Below are positions 1-9,838 of a DNA stretch of 64,000 nt, in pieces. A program made the translations under genes and the position numbers. Position 1 is the first letter of the stretch. Each line of letters opens with the position of its first letter. Source of the DNA: Patescibacteria group bacterium (GTDB lineage: Bacteria; Patescibacteriota; Patescibacteriia; JAXHNJ01); NCBI GenBank assembly GCA_034520665.1, contig JAXHNJ010000001.1, forward strand, positions 322,579 through 386,578. The letters run 5' to 3'. Below the pieces are notes generated by a model. It was not told the DNA's origin. It searched no databases and was given only the letters and a program-made list of their open reading frames with translations.

Positions 1-1650
1 GCTCTAGAACGTCATCAGAAAGACAAAAAAGATAAAGTGGCTTATTTTTGGGAGAATCAAGACGGGGACTCCAGAAAAATCACTTACGGTCAGCTTTATG
101 ATGAGGTTAATAAATTTGCTGGTATTTTAAAAAAACAAGGAGTGGCAAGAGGGGATAGAGTAGCTGTTTATATGCCAAATATTCCCGAAACCGCTGTGGC
201 CATGTTAGCTTGTGCTAAGTTAGGTGCTATGCACACGGTAGTCTATGCTGGTTTTTCAGCCCAAGCCTTGCGAGAGAGAATCCACGACGCCGAGGCTAAA
301 GTTTTAGTGACAGTTGACGGCGGTAAACGTCGTAAAAAAGATATTCCCCTTAAAGAAACTGTGGATCAAGCTCTGGAAAAAGATTGTCAGTGCTTAAAAT
401 CAGTCATCGTAGTTAAATACACCGGACTAGAGATTAATATAAAGGAGGGGAGAGATATTTGGTACCATGAGATTATGAAAGAAGAGGTTGAAATTCCAGA
501 AACTGAAAAAATGAAAGCTACTGATCCTTTGTTTATTCTTTATACTTCGGGCACCACCTCCAAACCCAAAGGAGTTATTCATGTGCACGGCGGTTATCAG
601 GTCGGTATTTCAAGGACACTTAAATGGGTTTTTGATATTAAAGACAAAGATGTTTATTGGTGTAGCGCTGACCCAGGCTGGATTACCGGCCATAGCTATA
701 TAGTTTATGCGCCTTTAATTTTAGGGGCCACTAGTGTCATGTATGACGGAGCTCCGGACCATCCCGAGCCGGATAGGCTTTGGCAGGTAATTGAAAAATA
801 TAAGGTTTCTATTTTTTACACGGCACCAACCCTTGTTCGCTTAATGATGAAATATGGCAAGGAATGGACAGAAAAATATAAAATGGAATCTTTGCGCCTT
901 CTTGGCAGTGTTGGTGAACCGATTAATCCGGAGGCTTGGCGCTGGTATTATGAAAATATTGGCAAGGGTCGTTGCCCGATTATGGATACCTGGTGGCAGA
1001 CCGAAACCGGTGCTTTTATGATTACGCCTTTGCCGGTTTTGCCGCTTAAAGCTGGCAGTGCTACCAAGCCTTTCCCCGGTCTTCAGATGGAAATAGTTGA
1101 CAAAGATGGTGATCCAGTGCCAGAAGGAAAAGGCGGATTTCTGGTTATAAAAAATCCTTGGCCTTCAATGTTGACCACTTTATTTAATAACCCAGAAAGA
1201 TATAAAAAGACTTACTGGCAGAAAATTCCAGACGTTTACACCACAGGTGACCTGGCTACTAAAGATAAAGACGGCTATTTTTGGATCCAGGGACGATCTG
1301 ATGATGTTTTGAAAATAGCTGGGCACCGCATTGGCAACGCGGAAATTGAAAGTGCGCTTGTGGCACACAAAGCAGTAGTGGAAGCGGGAGTTATTGGTGT
1401 TCCAGACGAATTAAGAGGAGAAGTAGCTAAAGCTTTTGTTATTATGAAAGAAGGAGTGGAAAAAACCGATCAATTGAAAGATGATCTAATAAAAAAAGTT
1501 AGAGAAGTTTTAGGGCCGGTTGTGGTTTTTAAAGAAATTGAATACACTGATAAACTACCGAAAACCAGATCCGGTAAAATTATGCGCCGGGTTTTAAGAG
1601 CTAAGGAATTAGGCGAGGATCTCGGTGACACCAGTACTCTGCAGGAATAG
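1..1650 (+). CDS. acs: Acetyl-CoA synthetase (AMP-forming acyl/acetyl-CoA ligase); 5'-partial, the frame is open to the window start
   Basis: The frame is open from nt 1. The AMP-binding signature YTSGTTSKPKGV and the C-terminal GxxRSGKIMRR-like motif are present. Length and similarity fit the Acs family. Confidence 0.85.
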   Translation, partial: ALERHQKDKKDKVAYFWENQDGDSRKITYGQLYDEVNKFAGILKKQGVARGDRVAVYMPNIPETAVAMLACAKLGAMHTVVYAGFSAQALRERIHDAEAKVLVTVDGGKRRKKDIPLKETVDQALEKDCQCLKSVIVVKYTGLEINIKEGRDIWYHEIMKEEVEIPETEKMKATDPLFILYTSGTTSKPKGVIHVHGGYQVGISRTLKWVFDIKDKDVYWCSADPGWITGHSYIVYAPLILGATSVMYDGAPDHPEPDRLWQVIEKYKVSIFYTAPTLVRLMMKYGKEWTEKYKMESLRLLGSVGEPINPEAWRWYYENIGKGRCPIMDTWWQTETGAFMITPLPVLPLKAGSATKPFPGLQMEIVDKDGDPVPEGKGGFLVIKNPWPSMLTTLFNNPERYKKTYWQKIPDVYTTGDLATKDKDGYFWIQGRSDDVLKIAGHRIGNAEIESALVAHKAVVEAGVIGVPDELRGEVAKAFVIMKEGVEKTDQLKDDLIKKVREVLGPVVVFKEIEYTDKLPKTRSGKIMRRVLRAKELGEDLGDTSTLQE

Positions 1651-1702
1651 TTTTTTTCTAAATTCAAATAGCAAAGCATAAAATTCAAAGTATAATTAAT
1701 TT

Positions 1703-2740
1703 ATGAAAAAGAAAATTAAATGGAGTCTTTTAGTTACTCGCGAGGCTTGTCTTTTGGAACGGTATTTAAGGGTTTTGGGCTATAGAAAAAAATTATTGCC
1801 GGTAACAGAAGTGGGAGTAGAAAATTTGCTTGGCCTAGGTATCAATAGTCTGGTGAAAATTTACTATGATCCAGAAGACAGAGAAAAACGTTTAAGAATT
1901 ATTAGACAAGAATTTAGTTATCCGGGAATGAAAAAAAGAAGAGATAAATATTTCTGGGAGGTAATAAAAAATATCAGAAAAACCCAAAAAGAGTTAAATG
2001 TTAAAAAAAATTTAAAAGCCTTAAAAGAATTTATTAAATACTATACTTATTGTCGGGCTATTGTTTGGTATGCTTTAGAAATAGGCCAGGCGGTCAATGA
2101 TCAAGGCTTGATTATTTGGGCTGGAAAATGGCACCAAAGAGCTGAAGAAGAAAGTTGTTGGGCCTGGGATCGACTTAATCCTTATTTTAAAGATTTGTCC
2201 AGAAAAACGGGAGTGCCCATAAATGATATATTTTTTTATACAGCTCCTGAGTTTTTTAATTTAGTAAAAAAAATTAAAAAAATAAAAAAGCAAATAATTG
2301 AACAAAGAAAAAAGAAATATGTTTTACTTTGTTTGGATTCAAAAATCAAGGTTCTAATTGGTAAAAAATGTGATCAATATATCAAAAATAATTTACCTCA
2401 AAGAAAAATACCTAAAATAAATATTTTAAAGGGAAAGTGTGGTAATAAAGGCCAGGTTAAAGGAAGGGTTTGCCGAGTAGTTAAGGTGGAAGATATGAAA
2501 AAAATGAAACAAGGTGATATTCTAGTCACTATTATGACTTCTCCCCGTTTAGCCGGCGTTTTTTCCAAAGCTAAAGCCTTTATTACTGATGAAGGCGGTA
2601 TTACTTCTCACGCGGCCATTGTTTCCCGGGAGATGAATATTCCCTGTGTTATAGGCACCAAAATAGCCACCAAGGTTTTAAAAGACGGTGATAAAGTTTT
2701 AGTGGATGCGGATAAGGGGATAATTAAAAAGCTTTCCTAA
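1703..2740 (+). CDS. PEP-utilising enzyme mobile (phosphohistidine) domain protein, paralog 1
   Basis: The C-terminal ~80 aa (GGITSHAAIVSREMNIPCVIGT...DGDKVLVDADKG) match the PEP-utiliser mobile domain of PpsA/PPDK/enzyme I. The N-terminal domain was not recognised. Confidence 0.6.
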   Translation: MKKKIKWSLLVTREACLLERYLRVLGYRKKLLPVTEVGVENLLGLGINSLVKIYYDPEDREKRLRIIRQEFSYPGMKKRRDKYFWEVIKNIRKTQKELNVKKNLKALKEFIKYYTYCRAIVWYALEIGQAVNDQGLIIWAGKWHQRAEEESCWAWDRLNPYFKDLSRKTGVPINDIFFYTAPEFFNLVKKIKKIKKQIIEQRKKKYVLLCLDSKIKVLIGKKCDQYIKNNLPQRKIPKINILKGKCGNKGQVKGRVCRVVKVEDMKKMKQGDILVTIMTSPRLAGVFSKAKAFITDEGGITSHAAIVSREMNIPCVIGTKIATKVLKDGDKVLVDADKGIIKKLS

Positions 2741-3817
2741 ATGAAAAAAGTACTAGATAAAATATTAACTCATACGGCTACCTTAAGTGCTTTATTTGGC
2801 TATTATCAAGGTATTTCCAAGATAATGAAAAATAATCTTGGTTTTGGATTTAGCAAATTCATATTTTATTATAAAAAAGGCTCCATGACTGAATACCGTT
2901 ATGGTAGTCATTTATTAAAAAAAATAATTTTAAATATTTTTAATAAAAGGCCTAAATTTGAAAAAAAGTTGTTGGATACTTTTCCAAGTGATTATAAAAA
3001 ACTGGAGGAATTATCTGATCATTCAAAAAGAATAAAAAACGATAATGAGGCAATTAATAAAATATTTGAATTTGAAAAAACTTTTCAGAATATTTGGACA
3101 CCGGTTATGTATATATATTGGTTACCAATTTTTTTAGAAAGTGAGAAAGTAAATAAAGAACAAAAGAGAAGAATTGATAAAATCATAAAAATAAGGAGCC
3201 AAAGAGACCGGGAATATGTTCTAGCCCAGTATTTTTATGATCATCTATGCCTTTATTTAAGAAATAAATTCAATTATTTAAAAATGGATTTTACCTTATG
3301 CTCGCCAGAAGAGTTAATAGATAGCCTAAGAGGAAAAAAATTTGGGCAAAATAAAATAAAGAAAATAAATTCTAGAGAAAAAGGTTGTATTATTTTTCGC
3401 GACCAAATTTATTCGAACTTGAAAAAAGTATCAGAAATAAATGAATTTTTATCCGAGTATAATTTGATTTTAGAAAAGGAAGAAAAAGTTAAAAAGGTGA
3501 ATAAAATAAAAGGAAAATCAGCCAATCCCGGTCAAGCCAAGGGGAAAGTAGTGCTATTATTTTCAAAAAATGAAATGAAAAAAGTTGATAAAGAAACTAT
3601 AATAGTTTCACCGATGACCACACCTTATTTAAACCCAGCTTTAAAAAAATGTAAGGCAATTATTACTGACGAAGGTGGTATTACCTGCCACGCCGCCATT
3701 ATCGCCCGGGAATTAAAAAAACCCTGTATCATCGGCACCAAAATCGCTACTAAAGTTTTAAAAGACGGGGATAAAGTTTTGGTGGATGCGGATAAGGGGG
3801 TAGTGAGAAAGATATAA
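2741..3817 (+). CDS. PEP-utilising enzyme mobile domain protein, paralog 2 (tandem duplicate)
   Basis: Same C-terminal domain (GGITCHAAIIARELKKPCIIGT...DGDKVLVDADKG). The start codon abuts the stop of paralog 1. Confidence 0.6.
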   Translation: MKKVLDKILTHTATLSALFGYYQGISKIMKNNLGFGFSKFIFYYKKGSMTEYRYGSHLLKKIILNIFNKRPKFEKKLLDTFPSDYKKLEELSDHSKRIKNDNEAINKIFEFEKTFQNIWTPVMYIYWLPIFLESEKVNKEQKRRIDKIIKIRSQRDREYVLAQYFYDHLCLYLRNKFNYLKMDFTLCSPEELIDSLRGKKFGQNKIKKINSREKGCIIFRDQIYSNLKKVSEINEFLSEYNLILEKEEKVKKVNKIKGKSANPGQAKGKVVLLFSKNEMKKVDKETIIVSPMTTPYLNPALKKCKAIITDEGGITCHAAIIARELKKPCIIGTKIATKVLKDGDKVLVDADKGVVRKI

Positions 3818-3819
3818 TA

Positions 3820-3846
3820 AAAAAAAGGCCCAAAACGGGCCTTAGA
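3820..3846. terminator. Bidirectional intrinsic terminator between convergent genes
   Basis: Hairpin AGGCCC-aaaac-GGGCCT flanked by an A-run upstream and T/A-rich sequence downstream. Confidence 0.55.
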
Positions 3847-3847
3847 G

Positions 3848-4384
3848 TTATTCAGTCCAAGAATCTCCAAAAGAGACTTTTTTAATGAGCTGGCCTTTTT
3901 CCATAAGATAGAGAGAGGTTGAATAAGCCTCTTGGCCTAAATAGTGGATGACAGGCCGTCCTGTGCAGACCAGGGTATTGGGAGACAAACTTTTGAAAAG
4001 GGCGATAAGGCCTTCTCTCATACCAACGCGGCCAAGCTGTTCTCTTCTCACTTTTGCTCCAGAAGTTAGATAAATATAGCGATGATCAGAATCATCGAGC
4101 TTGGTGCCATCTCCTAGCAGGTGATTGAAAAAGTTAATTTTCAAACCAAGAAATCCGGCTATTTCGATATGTCTTTGACCTAAGCCGGTAATAACATTAT
4201 TTATTGAATTTGCCGGCAAATAATCTTGTATTTTTAATATTTTCTCCTTTCCTTGTTCTGAATGCCAGGGATCAGGTTGTCCAATAACTGTTTTACCATG
4301 AGTGACTATAAAAATAGGTCCATAAAGGTCTCTTAATTCTTTTATTAGCATTTCACACTCCTTTTTAAGGTACCATGAATTCAA
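3848..4384 (-). CDS. Hypothetical protein (weak resemblance to a histidine-phosphatase-like VTHG motif)
   Basis: 178-aa ORF with compact spacing. IFIVTHGKT is reminiscent of a degenerate RHG motif. No firm family assignment. Confidence 0.3.
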   Translation of the reverse strand: MNSWYLKKECEMLIKELRDLYGPIFIVTHGKTVIGQPDPWHSEQGKEKILKIQDYLPANSINNVITGLGQRHIEIAGFLGLKINFFNHLLGDGTKLDDSDHRYIYLTSGAKVRREQLGRVGMREGLIALFKSLSPNTLVCTGRPVIHYLGQEAYSTSLYLMEKGQLIKKVSFGDSWTE

Positions 4385-4409
4385 TAAAACTTAACAATTA
4401 ATTTATTTA

Positions 4410-4438
4410 TTGTCAAGATTTTTATATTATAGTATAAT
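4410..4438 (+). promoter_or_regulatory. Sigma70-like promoter (TTGTCA-17-TATAAT) of the OFOR operon; predicted leaderless transcript
   Basis: TTGTCA at 4410-4415, 17-nt spacer, TATAAT at 4433-4438. The ATG at 4445 lies 7 nt after the -10 box with no SD sequence. Confidence 0.45.
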
Positions 4439-4444
4439 TGAATT

Positions 4445-6100
4445 ATGAAAGAGGATTATTCTATATTAATTGGCGGGGCTGCTGGTCAGGGTTCTCGAAG
4501 GGCCGGTTTTATTATTGCGCGGCTTTTATCACATTATGGTTATGAAACTTTTATTTATGATGATTATCAGTCTTTGATTCGAGGCGGTCATAATTTTTCT
4601 AAGATAAGAGCGGCCAGTGAGAAAGTCTTGTCACATCGGAAAAAAATAGATTTTCTTTTGGCTTTCAATGAAGAAACAGTGGAAAAACATAAGCAAAATT
4701 TGGATAAAAATGGCCTTATTATTTATGACAAAGATAAATTTGAAGTTAAAGATAAAAAGGCGGTTGGTATAGCTACTAAGGAAATTATTGATCAAACAAA
4801 AGGCAAACCGATTATGAGCAATACCGCTTTTGTGGCTGGTTTTGCCAAAAATATTGGTATTAACTGGCAGACTTTAAAAAATCTTTTAAAGGAAGAGTTT
4901 GAAAAATATGAGGCCATGAATTTAAAAATTGCTAAGCTGGCTTTTGAGAAAGCGGATCAGCAAACACAGATTGAAAAAATCGGTCAGAAAAAAGACCAGC
5001 CTCTTTTAACCGGTAATCAAGCTTTGTCTTTGGGGGCGGTGAAAGCCGGACTTGATTTTTATATCGCTTATCCGATGACACCTTCTACTGGTATTTTACA
5101 TTATTTAGCCCAGAGAAAGCATGATTTTAATATAGGCGTGGCCCAGCTAGAAAATGAGATTGGAGTGATCAGTAGCGCTATTGGGGCCGCTTACACTGGT
5201 GCCAGAACTATGATCGGCACTTCGGGGGGTGGCTTTGCTCTGATGACAGAGTCTTTTAGCCTAGCCGCTATGAATGAAACACCTTTAGTGATAGTGGAAA
5301 GTCAAAGAATGTCTCCGGCCAGTGGCGTGCCCACTTATAATGCTCAGGCTGATTTACTTTTTACGGCTAACTCGGGCCATGGTGATATTTTAAGATTTAT
5401 TATTGCTCCAGGAGATGCTGATGAGGCTTGCTTTTGGGGCGGACAAATCCTGAATTTATCCTGGCAGTTTCAAACCCCGTCAATTTTACTGATTGATAAA
5501 GAGATTTCTGAAAGCACTTTTACTTTTGATAAAAAAGTTTTGGATAAAATTAAAAAAGAAAAGCCAAAACTTTGGTCAAAAAAAGGCAAGTATTTACGCT
5601 ATAAAGAAACCAAGGACGGTATTTCACCTTTGGCTTTTCCTGGTGAGAAAAACCAGGTTATTAAAGCTAACAGTTATGAACACCAAGAAAACGGATTAAC
5701 CACTGAAGAGCCCGGACCGATTAAAGATATGCAGAACAAAAGATTGAGAAAATTTGAAGCCATGAAAAAAGAAGTTAATAAATTACCAGCTGTAAAGGTT
5801 TATGGAGATAAAAAGGCTAAAAAGGCCTTAATTGCCTGGGGTTCAACCAAGGGACCGGCCCTGGAAGCGGCTGAAAAGCTGGGCCTTAAATTAATTCAAC
5901 CAATAATTTTACAGCCTTTTCCAGAAAAACAAATGAAGCAAGCTTTAAAAGGAGTACAAAAAGTTTATTTAGCTGAGACCAATGCTACGGCTCAATTAGG
6001 TCGTATATTAAAAGGTTATAATATTAAAGTGGATAAACAAATCCTTAAATATGACGCGCGGCCTTTTATAGCCGAAGAAATAATCAATAAAGTAAAGTAA
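4445..6100 (+). CDS. 2-oxoacid:ferredoxin oxidoreductase, alpha subunit (fused gamma+alpha domains)
   Basis: N-terminal GGAAGQG gamma-domain motif followed by the POR alpha domain. It is immediately followed by the TPP-binding beta subunit. Confidence 0.8.
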   Translation: MKEDYSILIGGAAGQGSRRAGFIIARLLSHYGYETFIYDDYQSLIRGGHNFSKIRAASEKVLSHRKKIDFLLAFNEETVEKHKQNLDKNGLIIYDKDKFEVKDKKAVGIATKEIIDQTKGKPIMSNTAFVAGFAKNIGINWQTLKNLLKEEFEKYEAMNLKIAKLAFEKADQQTQIEKIGQKKDQPLLTGNQALSLGAVKAGLDFYIAYPMTPSTGILHYLAQRKHDFNIGVAQLENEIGVISSAIGAAYTGARTMIGTSGGGFALMTESFSLAAMNETPLVIVESQRMSPASGVPTYNAQADLLFTANSGHGDILRFIIAPGDADEACFWGGQILNLSWQFQTPSILLIDKEISESTFTFDKKVLDKIKKEKPKLWSKKGKYLRYKETKDGISPLAFPGEKNQVIKANSYEHQENGLTTEEPGPIKDMQNKRLRKFEAMKKEVNKLPAVKVYGDKKAKKALIAWGSTKGPALEAAEKLGLKLIQPIILQPFPEKQMKQALKGVQKVYLAETNATAQLGRILKGYNIKVDKQILKYDARPFIAEEIINKVK

Positions 6101-6106
6101 ATTTAT

Positions 6107-6958
6107 ATGCCTGCTAAGAAAATAAATTTAAATACTAAAGCTAAAAACACCTGGTGTCCTGGTTGTGGTAATTTTACAATTTTAGCGGCTTTTAAAAAAG
6201 CCGTTCAGGAGTTGATTGATGAGGGAATAAAAAAAGAAAATTTTGTTATCACTAGTGGTATTGGTTGCTCTTCAAAAATTATCGATTATATAAATCTGAA
6301 CAGTTTTTCCGCTTTGCACGGCCGGCCAATAACTTCAGCTGAAGGTATAAAAATGGGCAATCCTAATCTTAAAGTAGTTGCTTTTCAGGGGGACGGTGGT
6401 TGCTATAACGAAGGTATTTCACATTTAATTCACGCGGCCAAGCGAAATATTGATATTACAGTTTTGATTCACAATAACCGCAATTTTGCTTTAACTACCG
6501 GTCAGTTTACTGCTACCTCGCCCCAGGGCTTTGTCGGCAAATCAACCCCCGAGGGCAGTATTGAAAAGCCTTTTAATCCCTTAAAATTAATGTTAGACTC
6601 TGGCGCTACTTTTATTGCTCGCGGCTATTCCGGTAAGATAAATCATCTTAAGAATTTAATTAAGCAGGCCGTTAAACACCAAGGATTTTCCTTTATAGAT
6701 ATTTTACAGCCTTGTGTTTCTTTTTTTGACACCAGAGAATTTTATAATAAAAAAGTCTCCTTAGTAAAAAATAATAAATTATCTGTTAAAAAACAAGCGC
6801 AGAGCTTAATTGAAAAATGGGATTATCAAAAAGATAATGGCCAGGCTAAGATTCCGGTGGGCTTATTTTATAAGTTAAAAAAATCCACTTATGAAAAAGA
6901 TTTGCTCAAAGACTTAAATCCTTCAAAAAGGGATAAAATTCCGCAAATTAAAATTTAA
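6107..6958 (+). CDS. 2-oxoacid:ferredoxin oxidoreductase, beta subunit (thiamine-PP binding)
   Basis: NTWCPGCGNF and GDGG TPP-binding motifs typical of the KorB/PorB/OFOR beta subunit. Confidence 0.8.
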   Translation: MPAKKINLNTKAKNTWCPGCGNFTILAAFKKAVQELIDEGIKKENFVITSGIGCSSKIIDYINLNSFSALHGRPITSAEGIKMGNPNLKVVAFQGDGGCYNEGISHLIHAAKRNIDITVLIHNNRNFALTTGQFTATSPQGFVGKSTPEGSIEKPFNPLKLMLDSGATFIARGYSGKINHLKNLIKQAVKHQGFSFIDILQPCVSFFDTREFYNKKVSLVKNNKLSVKKQAQSLIEKWDYQKDNGQAKIPVGLFYKLKKSTYEKDLLKDLNPSKRDKIPQIKI

Positions 6959-7043
6959 TAGTTTTTAAAAAAATAAATGGGTGGCTTTAAAACCACCTTT
7001 TTTATTTGTCTTTAAAAGATAAAAATGATAAAATTATTCTAAC

Positions 7044-8765
7044 ATGAAGAAAAAATGGAAAATTTTAGACAAAGCACCAAATAAATTTTTTAGCCAGTTT
7101 CCGGAAATTGACCCGATTGTTTTACAGTTGCTTTATAATAGAGAGCTTAAAACACAAAAAGATATTGATGGGTTTTTAAATCTCGATTATGGAGAAGACC
7201 AGCATGATCCTTTTTTATTTAAGGATATGAAAAAGGCGAGCAAAAGAATTTTTAAAGCTCTAGAAAAAAAGGAAAAAGTGGCTATTTATGGTGATTATGA
7301 CGCTGATGGTGTTACTTCTACGGCCATTATTTACAATGTTTTAACTGAACTAGGTTTTAAAAATATAGAGGTTTATATTCCGTATCGTATGACTGAAGGT
7401 TATGGAATAAATGAAAAGGCGGTTAAAGAATTTGTAGATAAGAATATTGATTTGATGATTACGGTTGACTGTGGTATTGCCAATAAAGAAGAAATTGCCT
7501 TAGCCAATAAAAAGGGTATTGATGTAATTATCACGGATCATCATCACGAACCCTTGAATCCGCCGGATAAAGCCTTTGCTATCATCAACCCTAAAGTTAA
7601 GGAGGAAAAATATCCCTTTAAAGATTTAGCTGGGGTGGGAGTAGCTTTTAAATTAGCCCAGGCTTTAATAAAAGAGTCCAGAAAAAAAGGGCTTGATATT
7701 CCTCGGGGTTATGAAAAATGGCTGCTGGATTTAGTGGCTATTGGCACGGTTACTGATTGTGTCGGTCTGATCGGCGAAAACCGCACTTTAGTCAGATATG
7801 GTTTAGTAGTTTTAAATAAAACTAAAAAAATTGGCTTAAGAAAATTAATTAAAAAGTCTCGTCTTAATTTGGGAGAATTAGAAGCTTGGAATATTGCTTT
7901 TCAGCTCGGACCGCGACTTAACGCCGCCGGCCGGCTAGACCACGCTTCAACTTCTTTTAAATTACTAATCACCGGGGATAATCAAGAAGCTGAAGAGATT
8001 GTAGAGGGTCTGGAAAAAACTAATAAAGAAAGGCAAAAAATTACTGAGAAAATGGTTGGTGAGGCCAAGGAACAGATTGATGAGAAAAAAGCCAAAGGAT
8101 CTATTATTTCAGTTCTTGGTCAAGATTGGTCAGCTGGTTTAATCGGACTAGTGGCTGGACGTCTTTGTGATCAATTTTACCGGCCGATTATAGTACTTAG
8201 CCAATCAGAAAATGAAGTCATTGCTTCAGGCCGGAGTATTCCGGAATTTGATATTATTGAAGCAGTTGAAAAATTAAGAAAACATTTAAAGGATTACGGG
8301 GGTCATGCGGCTGCTTGTGGCTTTACTTTAAAAGCCAGGGATAGACTTGATGAATTTAATAAAGAATTATTGATATTAGGAGAAGAGCGATTAAAAGACC
8401 TTGATCTTTTTCCAAAAATAGTGATAGAAAAAAAAGTCAAACTAGAAGAAATAACCCATGATCTTTTGCATGAATTGGAGGAGTTTAAGCCTTTTGGTCA
8501 GGGCAATAAAAAACCCTTATTTTTATTAGAAAATTTAACAGTGGTTAATTTTGATCTGGTTGGTAAAAACACTAATCATTTGCGTTTGATGGTTAAACAA
8601 GATGACCATACGGTTAGAAAATGTATTGGTTTTTATCAACAAGAATTAGCTAAAAATTTAAAAAATGGTCAGAAAATAGATTTAGTTTGCGAGGTAAGTT
8701 TTAATGAGTGGAATGGGACCAAAGAAATTCAACTTAAAATTATTGATCTAAAAATAAAAAAATGA
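7044..8765 (+). CDS. recJ: Single-stranded-DNA-specific exonuclease RecJ
   Basis: DHH motifs (GDYDADGVTS, ITDHHHEP) plus a DHHA1-like region (GGHAAACG). Confidence 0.85.
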   Translation: MKKKWKILDKAPNKFFSQFPEIDPIVLQLLYNRELKTQKDIDGFLNLDYGEDQHDPFLFKDMKKASKRIFKALEKKEKVAIYGDYDADGVTSTAIIYNVLTELGFKNIEVYIPYRMTEGYGINEKAVKEFVDKNIDLMITVDCGIANKEEIALANKKGIDVIITDHHHEPLNPPDKAFAIINPKVKEEKYPFKDLAGVGVAFKLAQALIKESRKKGLDIPRGYEKWLLDLVAIGTVTDCVGLIGENRTLVRYGLVVLNKTKKIGLRKLIKKSRLNLGELEAWNIAFQLGPRLNAAGRLDHASTSFKLLITGDNQEAEEIVEGLEKTNKERQKITEKMVGEAKEQIDEKKAKGSIISVLGQDWSAGLIGLVAGRLCDQFYRPIIVLSQSENEVIASGRSIPEFDIIEAVEKLRKHLKDYGGHAAACGFTLKARDRLDEFNKELLILGEERLKDLDLFPKIVIEKKVKLEEITHDLLHELEEFKPFGQGNKKPLFLLENLTVVNFDLVGKNTNHLRLMVKQDDHTVRKCIGFYQQELAKNLKNGQKIDLVCEVSFNEWNGTKEIQLKIIDLKIKK

Positions 8766-9169
8766 GTAATCAGAAATATCAAATTTATACTGACGGCGGC
8801 GCTCGGGGTAATCCCGGTCCGGCTGGTCTTGGCGTGGTTATCTGGCAGGGTCATAAATTAATAGGACAATATAAAAAATATATTGGTAAAGCCACTAATA
8901 ATCAAGCTGAATACCAGGCCATCCATTTCGGCCTGCAAAAAGCCAAGGAGGTTGGCGCCAAAAATATTGAATGCTTTCTTGATTCAGAGCTAGTGGTAAA
9001 TCAGTTGAATATGGAGTTTAAGATTAAAAATAAAGAACTAGGTCCCTGGTTTATTAAAATTTGGAATCTACGCCAGTCTTTTGATAAAGTTACTTTTACT
9101 CATATTCGGCGTGAAAAAAATAAAGAAGCCGATAAATTGGTAAATGAAGCTATTGATGAAGCAAAATAA
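8762..9169 (+). CDS. rnhA: Ribonuclease HI
   Basis: YTDGGARGNPGPAGLGVVI RNase H active-site region. The ATGA start/stop overlap with recJ uses TGA as the stop. Confidence 0.85.
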   Translation: MSNQKYQIYTDGGARGNPGPAGLGVVIWQGHKLIGQYKKYIGKATNNQAEYQAIHFGLQKAKEVGAKNIECFLDSELVVNQLNMEFKIKNKELGPWFIKIWNLRQSFDKVTFTHIRREKNKEADKLVNEAIDEAK

Positions 9170-9195
9170 GTGAATTTTTTATAAGGTATTTAATC

Positions 9196-9224
9196 TTGAC
9201 AAATACCTTGTTTTAGGTTAAAGT
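9196..9224 (+). promoter_or_regulatory. Putative promoter of rnpB (TTGACA-17-TAAAGT)
   Basis: Consensus -35 box 35 nt upstream of the predicted RNase P RNA 5' end. The -10 box is weak. Confidence 0.35.
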
Positions 9225-9294
9225 ATTAAATGCCTAAGTAAACCGGATGATCACTCTTCAGTCTTTTGGCTGGGGGGAGGAAAGTCCGAACACC

Positions 9295-9414
9295 TCCCGC
9301 TTTCGCCCTTTGTTTAAACTTCGGGCTTCCGTGGGCAAGGCCTCTTATTTACTAATTTATGATGTAGGGGCTATGCCCGACGTAGCTCAAGTGGAGCGCA
9401 GAGCGAAGGCGGGG
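9295..9414 (+). repeat. Inserted hairpin element A within rnpB, after the P4 5' strand
   Basis: ~120-nt self-complementary element homologous to element B. It has a CCGCTTTCGCCC/GCGAAGGCGGGG outer stem and a GTGGGCA/TGCCCGAC inner stem. Confidence 0.6.
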
Positions 9415-9710
9415 AAAAGGATAGTTCTTAACAAGAACCAGGGTAATCATAAAGTCAAAAACGCTCGCGCGAATTTTTGACCAAGATTATTCTCGGGCCA
9501 GTGCAACAGAAAGTATACCGCCTATTTTTCAACTTATCCGAAAATAGGTAAGGGTGAAATCGTAGAGTAAGAGCCTACGCCTTTATTTGGTGACAAATAA
9601 AGGGTGTAAACCCTATCTGGTGCAAGACCAAAAAGTTTCCCATTTTATAATGTGGGAAGGTAGGTCGCTTGAACCCGGTCGCAAGATTTGGGTCTAGATA
9701 GATGATCATC

Positions 9711-9838
9711 TCCGTCTTCGCCCTGTGTTTAAACTTCGGGCTTCGGCGGACAAGTCCCAAATTTAATATTAATTATTTTTTTAGAAATAAAGGGGCCTGT
9801 CCGCCGAAGCTCAAGCATCGAGCGCAGAGCGAAGGCGG
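9711..9838 (+). repeat. Inserted hairpin element B within rnpB (J2/4 position), a paralog of element A
   Basis: ~128-nt element ~85% identical to A in both arms. It has a perfect 13-bp inner stem CTTCGGCGGACAG/CCTGTCCGCCGAAG. This differs from A by compensatory changes (GGGCA/TGCCC versus GGACA/TGTCC). Confidence 0.6.

Noticed and set aside
5493-5699. ORF 5493..5699 (+, 68 aa) and other short ORFs nested in longer genes (e.g. 1180..1368, 10565..10864, 15290..15565, 22783..23052, 38216..38761, 39029..39433, 50638..51302, 51611..51949, 54676..55017, 55728..55994, 61939..62202)
   Set aside because: They are embedded in alternative frames of well-supported conserved genes and lack independent signals. 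They are treated as frame-shadow artefacts.
9247-9760. ORF-track entries 9247..9480 (+, 77 aa) and 9575..9760 (-, 61 aa)
   Set aside because: Both lie entirely inside the conserved RNase P RNA gene and have no RBS. They are spurious translations of a structured RNA.
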